A stretch of 64,000 nucleotides of DNA from Abditibacteriaceae bacterium (GTDB taxonomy: Bacteria > Armatimonadota > Abditibacteriia > Abditibacteriales > Abditibacteriaceae): assembly GCA_031372065.1 (NCBI GenBank), contig JANMKN010000015.1, positions 1,683 to 65,682 of the forward strand, given 5' to 3'. This document shows, piece after piece, positions 54,303-62,196 of this stretch (position 1 is the first letter of the stretch; each line of letters begins with the position of its first letter). Below the pieces are notes generated by a model. The model had not been told where the DNA came from. It saw only the letters and a list, made by a program, of their open reading frames with translations, and searched no databases. A program made the translations under genes and the position numbers.

Positions 54303-54853
54303 AATTGCGCCTGATTTTACTTTTCGCTTTGGCCGTGCCTTTGCCGCTTGTAGCCGCGCCCGCCAAAAAGCCCACAAAAGCCATCAAAAAAACGCCGGTT
54401 TTGGTGTGGCCGCGCATTTCACGAATTCAAAATTCTGATTGGACGCATCCAATTCGGGCACTGCAATATCTGTTGAATTATCGTGGCGTGAAGATCAACG
54501 TGGACGGAAAATTTGGCGCGCAAACCGAAGCGGCGGTCAAGCAATTTCAACGAAAACACAAACTCAAAGCTGATGGCTTTGTCGGGCCGCAAACTTGGGA
54601 CAAACTTATTGTTCGCGTGAAACGTGGCGATAAGGGAAATGCTGTGCGCGCGGTGCAAGCTGCCTTAAATGGCAAGGTGGATCATATTGGTCAGCCGATT
54701 TGCGATTTAAAAGAAGATGGCATTTTCGGTTCTGAAACGCAAGATGTGGTGCGCTCTTTTCAAGAGGGCGACGGAACATACTACCTTAAAATTGATGGCA
54801 TCGTTGGCCTGCAAACGTGGTGCATTTTGGTGGGCGGCTACTTAAACCAATGA
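54299..54853 (+). CDS. Secreted protein with two peptidoglycan-binding (PG_binding_1-like) repeats
   Basis: Signal peptide. Two copies of the DGKFG..T..AVKQFQ / DGIFGSETQDVVRSFQ pattern. The gene overlaps argD (ATGA) and argF (ATGA). Confidence 0.7.
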   Translation: MKLRLILLFALAVPLPLVAAPAKKPTKAIKKTPVLVWPRISRIQNSDWTHPIRALQYLLNYRGVKINVDGKFGAQTEAAVKQFQRKHKLKADGFVGPQTWDKLIVRVKRGDKGNAVRAVQAALNGKVDHIGQPICDLKEDGIFGSETQDVVRSFQEGDGTYYLKIDGIVGLQTWCILVGGYLNQ

Positions 54854-55770
54854 GACATTTTCTTTCGATTAACGACATCACAAGCGAAGAAGCGGCGTTT
54901 TTGCTGGCGGAAGCCTCGCGGTTGAAACTGGAACTCAAAGAGCATCCGGCGCGGCAACGCGAAAGTTTGTTGGGCAAAAACTTGGCGCTGGTTTTTGAAA
55001 AACCCAGCCTGCGCACCCGCGTTTCGTTCGACGTTGGCATGAACCAACTTGGCGGCCACGCGCTGTATTTGTCGCCCGCCGAAATCGGCCTCGGCACGCG
55101 CGAAAGCATCTCCGATGTGGCGCGCGTGTTATCGCGGATGTGCGATGGCATTATGGCGCGCGTTTTCAAAAACGAGACGTTGAATGAACTGGCGAAGTGG
55201 TCAAGTGTGCCGGTTATCAATGGCCTCTGCGATGCTGAACATCCCTGTCAGGCGATGGCCGATTTTCTGACTTTGCGCGAACATAAAGGCCTCGAAGGCC
55301 GCAAAATCGCCTACTTCGGCGACGGTAACAATGTGTGTCATTCGTTACTTTTGCTCGGTGCCAAACTCGGCGTCAGCGTGGCGGTAGCTTCGCCGGTTGG
55401 CTATTTGCCGCAGGAAAGTTATGTCGCCGCCGCTAAAGCCGAAGCCATGCATACCGGCGCGACGATTGAAATTCTGAGCGACCCTCGCGAAGCCGCGCAA
55501 AACGCCGACGCGCTTTATACGGATGTGTGGACTTCGATGGGCCAAGAAGAAGAATCGCGAGAGCGCGCCGAAATTTTCCCGCCCTATCAACTGAACGCCG
55601 ACTTGCTCAAATTCGCCAAGACGGACGCCATCGTTTTGCACGATTTACCGGCGCACAAGGGCGAAGAAATCACCGAAGAAATCTTTGAAGCGCACGCCGA
55701 AACGATTTTTTCGCAAGCCGAAAACCGCCTACACGCCCAAAAAGCGATTATGGCGTGGCTTTTGGGTTAG
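54850..55770 (+). CDS. argF: Ornithine carbamoyltransferase
   Basis: MRHFLSINDIT start, with SLRTR, HPCQ and HDLP motifs. Confidence 0.92.
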   Translation: MRHFLSINDITSEEAAFLLAEASRLKLELKEHPARQRESLLGKNLALVFEKPSLRTRVSFDVGMNQLGGHALYLSPAEIGLGTRESISDVARVLSRMCDGIMARVFKNETLNELAKWSSVPVINGLCDAEHPCQAMADFLTLREHKGLEGRKIAYFGDGNNVCHSLLLLGAKLGVSVAVASPVGYLPQESYVAAAKAEAMHTGATIEILSDPREAAQNADALYTDVWTSMGQEEESRERAEIFPPYQLNADLLKFAKTDAIVLHDLPAHKGEEITEEIFEAHAETIFSQAENRLHAQKAIMAWLLG

Positions 55771-55823
55771 TTTTGAGTTAAGAATTTTGAGTTGCAAAAG
55801 CAGAACTCAAAACTGCTGTTATT

Positions 55824-56048
55824 ATGTCTCTTTTTAAAGTCATCTTCCTTTTAGTCCTCTTGTTCGGCGCCTACGGTTTGGCCGTGATTTTATTGCGTCG
55901 CCTGACGGAAACGACCAAGCAACTCGGCGAACTGCGCGAACAAATGGCGCGCAACGATTCCAAACTCAGCGACCAAATGCGCAACGTGCATCTGGAACAA
56001 GAACGATTGCAGGCAAAACTCGAAGAAAAACGCGAAACCGGAGCGTGA
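55824..56048 (+). CDS. Small membrane-anchored coiled-coil protein
   Basis: 74 aa: one TM helix followed by a charged helix. Coding status is uncertain. Confidence 0.4.
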   Translation: MSLFKVIFLLVLLFGAYGLAVILLRRLTETTKQLGELREQMARNDSKLSDQMRNVHLEQERLQAKLEEKRETGA

Positions 56049-56104
56049 GAGACAGGCTTAATCGATAGCCCGTCGCTCATGCTCCATGTTCACATCCCCA
56101 CGAT

Positions 56105-56295
56105 TCTGGTCTGGCAATCCAATTATCTGGTCTGGCAATCCGATGGTCTGGTCTGGCAATCCAATGGTCTGGTCTGGCAATCCAATGGTCTCGGCTGGCT
56201 TGTCAACTCTTCTGGCTGCCTATCCATTTGCGCTGGCTGGCTTCTCAACGGCTCTGGCTGGCTATCCAATGGTCTGGTCTGGCAAGTCAACGCCT
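56105..56295. repeat. About nine tandem copies of a 21-bp unit
   Basis: TCTGGTCTGGCAATCCAATGG is repeated head to tail, with decay in the central copies. Confidence 0.85.
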
Positions 56296-56348
56296 CGTGT
56301 TGCCGCTGGCCGAACCGATGAGAGACCAGAATTCGTTGGGAATTTCCT

Positions 56349-57041
56349 CTACGCGGCGGGCGTGTAGCCCAGCACAATGTCGAATTTCGCGGCTAATTCG
56401 CCGATTTTTGAATCTTTGACGGGCGCAAAAGGCACAATCACTGACGCGCGCTGGCGCTCATCGCGGATGCCGCGCAAAACGCCGTCGCGCTCGTTTTGCG
56501 TTTCGCCTTGAACATAGCATTGCGTGGTCAACAGTTCGCGCTCGCCTTTGGAAACTTTGACGTGAATATGTGGCGTGCGGCCCGGATAAGCCACCGGCTT
56601 GATGGTGCGAAAGCGATATTCGCCGTTCGAAGCGGTTTCAAAGCGCCCGTAGCCCTGAAAATTGGCATCGCCTGCGCCATGATGTGGGTCGCGGCTGTGA
56701 ATGTAAACGCCCTTGCTGTCCACCTGCCAGATTTCGATAACGGCGCCCTTGAGAGGCTCGCCCTTGGCGTCTGTGATGCGCCCGCTCAAATGCGTAATTT
56801 CACCCACGGCGGGTGTTAGGCTCTTGTTGATAACAATCAAATCGTTATCGGTATCAAGCGGCAAGTGATCTGGATAATACGGCCCTTCGGTTTGCGCCGG
56901 CGTGCGCACCAATTCATCGGCGAAAGCTTCGTTGCTAAAAGCACGCAACGCGCCCACGCCTGCCACAACGAAAACGCCGGAAGCCAACTGGCGCAAAAAA
57001 CGACGGCGCGCGGGGTTGTTGAGGTTGTTTTGTGTATTCAT
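56349..57041 (-). CDS. TAT-signal intradiol ring-cleavage dioxygenase-like protein
   Basis: ARRRFLRQLASGVFVVAGVGALRA TAT signal, TEGPYYP, and a protocatechuate-dioxygenase-like core (PGRTPHIHVKV). Confidence 0.75.
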   Translation of the reverse strand: MNTQNNLNNPARRRFLRQLASGVFVVAGVGALRAFSNEAFADELVRTPAQTEGPYYPDHLPLDTDNDLIVINKSLTPAVGEITHLSGRITDAKGEPLKGAVIEIWQVDSKGVYIHSRDPHHGAGDANFQGYGRFETASNGEYRFRTIKPVAYPGRTPHIHVKVSKGERELLTTQCYVQGETQNERDGVLRGIRDERQRASVIVPFAPVKDSKIGELAAKFDIVLGYTPAA

Positions 57042-57117
57042 GATGTGTATGGAGCGCGGCCTCTTACCCGCATCTTTTAAGTTATGCGGGCAAGAGGCCC
57101 GCGCTCCACAATTCTCC

Positions 57118-57933
57118 CTACTTCTTGGCTGCCAATTGAGACAAAACGGCTTGCATTTCCTTGTAGCGACGCTCCATGCCTTCCTGCATTGGTTTGGGCA
57201 AGTCCTTCACTTGCTTGTAGGACGCAACCGGATAAAAAGGATTGTAGGTTTTCACAAACTCTCCCATTTTTTTCATGCCCGCTTGCATTTTTTTCATCTC
57301 GGCTTCGCTCGGTGGCTTGAAATCGCCGCCACGCGGGCCGCCTGGAGGACGACCTTCGCGTCCACCATCTCTGCCGCCGGGTGGCGGGCCATCGGGACGA
57401 TCACCGCGCGGGCCGCGTCCCTCAGGCGGTGGCCCGTCGGGACGGTCTCCTCGTGGGCCACGTCCATCGGGCGGGCCACCCATTGGGCCACCAAATGGCG
57501 GGCGCTGATCCATTGCTTTTTTCTGCGCGGCGGTCAGCGTGTCGCGCAAGGCGACGTAAAGTTTTTGGGCGTCGGCGTCGTTCATGCTGGCTTTTTTGCG
57601 CCACGGCGCGATGACGGCGATGATTTTCTGCGCTTGTTTCTTGTTGAGCGGCGTTTTCTTGGCTTTTTCCATGTCGCCAACTTGCCGCACAAATCGACCC
57701 AATTGCATTTTTTCGCTGCGACGGAAAGCCCCGCCGGGGCCACCGAATCTGCCGGGGCCTCCAAAACTGCCACCCGGCCCGCCCGGAGGACGACCTTCGC
57801 GTCCGCCTTCTCTGTTGCCTTCTTTGCCACCTTCACGCGGCCCGTTTTGCGCTTGCGCGCTCACCGAAGCTGCGATCACCAGCGCCGGAATGCAAAGTGC
57901 GACTCCCAAACCAAGAATTGAATTGCTTTTCAT
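57118..57933 (-). CDS. Secreted Gly/Pro/Arg-rich low-complexity protein with LTXXQ-like motif
   Basis: Signal peptide, GGREGRPPGGPGG repeats and DTLTAAQKKAMDQ. Confidence 0.7.
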   Translation of the reverse strand: MKSNSILGLGVALCIPALVIAASVSAQAQNGPREGGKEGNREGGREGRPPGGPGGSFGGPGRFGGPGGAFRRSEKMQLGRFVRQVGDMEKAKKTPLNKKQAQKIIAVIAPWRKKASMNDADAQKLYVALRDTLTAAQKKAMDQRPPFGGPMGGPPDGRGPRGDRPDGPPPEGRGPRGDRPDGPPPGGRDGGREGRPPGGPRGGDFKPPSEAEMKKMQAGMKKMGEFVKTYNPFYPVASYKQVKDLPKPMQEGMERRYKEMQAVLSQLAAKK

Positions 57934-57944
57934 GTTTTGCCTCG

Positions 57945-58772
57945 TTATTGTTGACGCTGCCCTCTGGGGCCACCTTGAGCGCCACCCTGTCCGCCTTGAC
58001 CGCCTTGACCGCCACGGCCACCACCGCGACCGCCCTGACCTCCAAAACCGCCCTGACCTCCAAAACCGCCCTGACCTCCGCCGGGAGGCCCACCTTGACC
58101 TCCAAATCCTCCACCGGGGCCACCGAAACCTCCACCTTGGCCACCAAACCCACCGCCGGGGCCGCCCATGCCACCCATTCCGGGGCCACCGCCCGGCCCG
58201 CCCATGCCGCCATTATTGTTGTCGGAAAGGGCGAAGGCTTCGCCGGTGAATCCTAAAATGGTCAACACGGCTTTGAGACGCGGCTGTGTGCTGAATTTGA
58301 TTTTTCCATCCAGCAAAGCGAGGGCTTTAGCGCGCCGGTCTTGTTCGTCTTCGGCAGCGGCAGTGAAGTCGTTTTGCAACGCGGCGATTTGCGTTGTGGA
58401 ATTCGCGTTGTCATTGAGCGCCATCTGCAAATCGCGGTTTTTTTCGCGCAAGCGTTGCACAGCTTCTTCTTGAGCGGCGGCGAAAGCGATGATAGTCTCT
58501 TGCGTGGTCTTATCGGTGATGCCTGCGTTGTCGAGCATCATGCGCAGCGACATTTCACGCATTATATCGCGCAGTTTGTCTTGCATTTCCTGTCGCTGAT
58601 CCATCGTCAGATTGCGAAAATCGGCGCGCTGATCCATTCCAGGGCCGCCAAATCCGCCCGGCCCGCCTTGTCCGTTGTTGGGGCCGCCCGGTTGGGCTTG
58701 TGTGGCCGTCGCGCTGCAAAGCGCGCTGCCTGCCAGCAAAATAAGCGTCCAAAGTTGTTTTTTCCGTGTCAT
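57945..58772 (-). CDS. Secreted family member P3 with C-terminal GGFGGQGG low-complexity tail
   Basis: Signal peptide. NLTMDQRQEMQ (LTXXQ-like). The core ends in KIKFSTQPRLKAVLTILGFTGE, followed by about 90 aa of G-rich repeats. Confidence 0.75.
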   Translation of the reverse strand: MTRKKQLWTLILLAGSALCSATATQAQPGGPNNGQGGPGGFGGPGMDQRADFRNLTMDQRQEMQDKLRDIMREMSLRMMLDNAGITDKTTQETIIAFAAAQEEAVQRLREKNRDLQMALNDNANSTTQIAALQNDFTAAAEDEQDRRAKALALLDGKIKFSTQPRLKAVLTILGFTGEAFALSDNNNGGMGGPGGGPGMGGMGGPGGGFGGQGGGFGGPGGGFGGQGGPPGGGQGGFGGQGGFGGQGGRGGGRGGQGGQGGQGGAQGGPRGQRQQ

Positions 58773-58814
58773 AGTGTTCTCCGTAAAAATTGAAAATGTT
58801 CCGTGTCTGGCCTG

Positions 58815-59606
58815 TTATTGTCCCGGAGGTGGCCCACCGGGGCCGCCGCCACCAAATCCACCGCGACCGCCGCCACCAAATCCACCGGGGCCGCCTTGAC
58901 CACCAAAGCCGCCACCCGGCCCGCCAAATCCGCCTCCGGGGCCGCCGCGCCCGCCCATCATGTTCATGTTGGCGCCTTGTGAAGTGTTCAAGAGGAGAGA
59001 ATCATCGCCGATAAGACCCAGCGTGGTTAGCACGGCGGTCAGGCGCGGCAGTTTGCTGTAGCCGACTTTGGCGTCTAAATCGGCGGAGGCTTGTTTGCGG
59101 CGCGTTTTTTCTGCTGTGGTCGCCTCTTCGAGTTGTTTGAGGAGTGCCGCGATTTTGTCGTCGGGCGTGCCTTTGGTGCTGACGGCTTCAACTAATTGGC
59201 GCATCAAATCTTGGATTTTCTGCGTTCCTGCATCGCGTGTTCTGCTGTATTGCACGATGGCATCCTGCGTTTTCTGATCGGCATTGCCCGCTGCCAATTG
59301 GCGACGCAAGCGATTATCTTGCATCTGCGCCATCATTTGTTGCATTTCTTCAGGTGTCATTTGCATTCCGCCGGGGCCACCAAAACCGCCTTGACCGCCA
59401 CCCGGCCCGCCAAAACCGCCGCCGGGGCCACCTTGTCCACCCGGCCCACCGCCACGTCCACCGGGGCCACCGCCCGGCCCGCCGATTTGCAGGTTTTGTG
59501 GATTCTGCGCGTTGCCTTGTTGCAACACCGGCTGTGCGCTCACTGCGCCCGCCAATCCCAACACCAGCGCGGCCAATGGAGCCGCGTTTCCGATTTTCTT
59601 TGTCAT
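58815..59606 (-). CDS. Secreted family member P4 with N- and C-terminal GGPGGGFGG tracts
   Basis: Signal peptide. The core ends in KVGYSKLPRLTAVLTTLGLIGD, and G-rich tracts lie on both sides. Confidence 0.75.
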   Translation of the reverse strand: MTKKIGNAAPLAALVLGLAGAVSAQPVLQQGNAQNPQNLQIGGPGGGPGGRGGGPGGQGGPGGGFGGPGGGQGGFGGPGGMQMTPEEMQQMMAQMQDNRLRRQLAAGNADQKTQDAIVQYSRTRDAGTQKIQDLMRQLVEAVSTKGTPDDKIAALLKQLEEATTAEKTRRKQASADLDAKVGYSKLPRLTAVLTTLGLIGDDSLLLNTSQGANMNMMGGRGGPGGGFGGPGGGFGGQGGPGGFGGGGRGGFGGGGPGGPPPGQ

Positions 59607-59688
59607 CCTGTCTCCTTTTACTTCTCGTTGCTTGGATTTAATTTTATGCGGCTGGAATGGTGAATGGGGTTAATGCAGTCTTGCAATT

Positions 59689-59737
59689 TGTGAGAAATTG
59701 TGAATCAGCGCCTCGGCATCATTCACAATTTCTCACA
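59689..59737. promoter_or_regulatory. Perfect 17-bp inverted repeat in a divergent promoter region
   Basis: TGTGAGAAATTGTGAAT-N15-ATTCACAATTTCTCACA, between the Gly-rich gene cluster and the response-regulator gene. Confidence 0.4.
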
Positions 59738-59784
59738 GTGCGCGGCTTTGTTGCTTGATAGAATGCCTTATAGCGAGGCGACTT

Positions 59785-60492
59785 ATGGAAAGCATTTTGA
59801 TTGTGGACGACGACGAGGAATTATGCAGCCTTGTCACGCGCTACCTAAAAAGCGAAGGTTTTGTTGCCGATGCGGTTTATAACGGCTTGCAAGGCGCTGA
59901 AAAAGCGCTGGCAGGGCAGTATGTTTTGGTGGTTTTGGACGTGATGCTACCCGGCGCCAACGGCTTCGATGTGCTGCGTCAGATTCGTCGCAAATCGGCG
60001 GTGCCGGTTTTAATGCTGACCGCGCGCGGCGACGATATTGATCGCATTGTCGGCCTTGAAATCGGCGCCGACGATTACTTGGCGAAGCCTTTCAACCCGC
60101 GCGAATTGGTGGCGCGCATTCGCGCTGTTTTGCGCCGCACGCAAGCAACGCCAGTGGCCGTGCCCGAAAGCGAGGCCGAGCGTTTGCGCGTGGGCGACAT
60201 CGAATTGGATATTGCGGGCCGCATGGTGAAACGCAGCGGCGAAACCATAGATTTAACCGGCGCCGAATTCGATTTGCTGACGATTTTGCTGCGCAATGCC
60301 GGACAAGTCGTAACGCGCGAAGAACTGGTGAAACACGTTTTGGGCCGCTCACTCACGCCTTTAGATCGCAGCATTGACACACTGGTCAGCAACCTGCGCC
60401 GCAAACTCGGCCACGCCAGCGATGGCGTCGAACGCATCAAATCACTGCGCGGCATTGGCTACGTTTACACCCGGCGAAGCGAGGGAAATTAA
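59785..60492 (+). CDS. OmpR/PhoB-family response regulator
   Basis: MESILIVDDDEELCSL receiver start, the phospho-acceptor context VVLDVMLPG, and a winged-helix C-terminus (LRGIGYVY). Confidence 0.9.
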   Translation: MESILIVDDDEELCSLVTRYLKSEGFVADAVYNGLQGAEKALAGQYVLVVLDVMLPGANGFDVLRQIRRKSAVPVLMLTARGDDIDRIVGLEIGADDYLAKPFNPRELVARIRAVLRRTQATPVAVPESEAERLRVGDIELDIAGRMVKRSGETIDLTGAEFDLLTILLRNAGQVVTREELVKHVLGRSLTPLDRSIDTLVSNLRRKLGHASDGVERIKSLRGIGYVYTRRSEGN

Positions 60493-60534
60493 TGGTGGAT
60501 GCTGGATAGTTCCCAGCATCCGGCATCCAGCAAA

Positions 60535-62097
60535 ATGCGCAGTTTGTTTTTAAAAATTTTCCTTTGGTTCTGGCTGGCGATGGCGACGGTGGTAGTAACG
60601 ATTGCGGCCATCGTTTTCGTCACGCAGCAGCAGCGTTTCCGCGAACGCGAACAAGGACGCAGCTTCAATGGCGGGCCGCCCTCGCGGCCCGAAGACCGCA
60701 TCACGCAACAATCGTTAGCGCTTCATCTGCAAACAGCGGCGTATTTTCTGCAAAAAGAAGGCGTAAGCGGCTTACGGGCCTATTTGCAAAAACTGGAAAC
60801 GCATAATCAATTAAGCACCTATTGTTTCGATGAAAAAGGCGACGATCTTTTGAAATTGCCGCCGAATGGACAATCGCAAGAATTCGACCCGAACCTTTTG
60901 AAACTTCTGGCCGGGCGCGCCGCGCAAAGTTCGCAACTCGAAACAACCATTGGCGGCCCCCATTTATTAGCGGCGCAAAGCGTTGTGCTGCCTCATTCCC
61001 CATCGCAAAAGTTCGTGCTGGCGGCAGCATGGAACACGCGCTTCGAAGATTCCCGTTTTGGCAACGGCCCAAATCGCGTCAACAACGGCCCGCCGTTTGG
61101 TCGGCCCAACGAGCGTCACCGCGCGCCTTTTGGCGGGCCATTTGGCTTTTTGTGGGACTTGCTTTTTGGCGAGCCTTCGACTTCGATTCAAGCTTTGCGC
61201 GTGCTGGTGATTTTCGCCATGACGGGTTTGGTTTGCTACGGTCTGGTGCGCCATTTGACGACACCTATTTTTCAATTGCGCGCCGCGACGAAGCGTTTGG
61301 CGGCGGGCGATTTATCGGCGCGCGTTGAGCCGGAATTAGGCCGTCGCCGCGACGAATTGGGCGTTTTGGGCCGCGATTTCGACCAAATGGCCGAGCGTTT
61401 GGAAGATTTAGTCGGCGCGCAAAATCGCCTCATCGCCGATATTTCGCATGAATTGCGCTCGCCACTCGCCCGCGTGAATGTGGCGGTGGAATTGGTGCGC
61501 TCTGTCGCCGGAGCGGAGGCCGAAGACGACCTCAATCGCATCGCGCTGGAAACCGAGCGCCTCAACGCGATGATTGGTCAGTTGCTTACGCTCTCGCGCC
61601 TCGAAAGTGGCGAGCGACTGGCCGAAACTACGCCGGTTAATCTGGCTGGGCTGGTCGAATCTATCGCTGCCGACGCCGATTTTGAAGCGCGCAGCCGAAA
61701 GCGCGCGGTGCGCATTGTGCAAAACGACGAGTGCCAAACGCGCGGTAGCGAAACACTTTTGCGCAGCGCCATCGAAAACATTGTGCGCAACGCGGTGCGT
61801 TATACGCCCGAAAACAGCGCCGTCGAAGTCAGCCTCGAAAAAGCTGAAGAATACGCCCTTATTCGCGTGCGCGATTATGGCCCCGGCGTGCCCGAAGCGG
61901 CCCTGCCGCACTTGTTTCAGCCGTTTTATCGCATCGCCGATGCCCGCGAACGCACCAGCGGTGGCACAGGCCTTGGTTTATCCATTGCCGACCGCGCCGT
62001 GCGCTTTCACAGCGGCACTGTGCAAGCCTCCAACGTCACCGGCCCCGATGATAAACCAGCAGGTCTACTACTCGAAATTCGCTTGCCGATTGTTTGA
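60535..62097 (+). CDS. HAMP-domain sensor histidine kinase (CpxA/EnvZ-like architecture)
   Basis: Two TM segments flank a periplasmic domain of about 180 aa. The H-box is ADISHELRSPLA; the N and G boxes are NAVRYTP and GGTGLGLSI. Start is the ATG at 60535 or the upstream TTG at 60499. Confidence 0.85.
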   Translation: MRSLFLKIFLWFWLAMATVVVTIAAIVFVTQQQRFREREQGRSFNGGPPSRPEDRITQQSLALHLQTAAYFLQKEGVSGLRAYLQKLETHNQLSTYCFDEKGDDLLKLPPNGQSQEFDPNLLKLLAGRAAQSSQLETTIGGPHLLAAQSVVLPHSPSQKFVLAAAWNTRFEDSRFGNGPNRVNNGPPFGRPNERHRAPFGGPFGFLWDLLFGEPSTSIQALRVLVIFAMTGLVCYGLVRHLTTPIFQLRAATKRLAAGDLSARVEPELGRRRDELGVLGRDFDQMAERLEDLVGAQNRLIADISHELRSPLARVNVAVELVRSVAGAEAEDDLNRIALETERLNAMIGQLLTLSRLESGERLAETTPVNLAGLVESIAADADFEARSRKRAVRIVQNDECQTRGSETLLRSAIENIVRNAVRYTPENSAVEVSLEKAEEYALIRVRDYGPGVPEAALPHLFQPFYRIADARERTSGGTGLGLSIADRAVRFHSGTVQASNVTGPDDKPAGLLLEIRLPIV

Positions 62098-62196
62098 CAG
62101 GCGTTACGCCGGTGCCCTTTTCATCGCAATTACTATACTTGCCTCATGGCGTATGAGACCGATTATAGAGAAATGCCAAACGCTGGCGCATACTTA

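Noticed and set aside
1178-56295. CRISPR interpretation of the tandem arrays at 1178, 7681, 20109 and 56105
   Set aside because: Repeat units are contiguous with no unique spacers, periods are 21 or 42 bp with gradual decay, and no cas genes occur in the window.
56902-58256. Plus-strand ORFs 56902-57921 (339 aa), 57584-58249 (221 aa) and 57897-58256, and minus-strand alternative frames 57833-58213 and 57582-57836
   Set aside because: They are antisense or out-of-frame readings of the Gly/Pro-rich repeat genes. GGN/CCN-rich repeats keep several frames open, and only the chosen frames have signal peptides and paralogue support.
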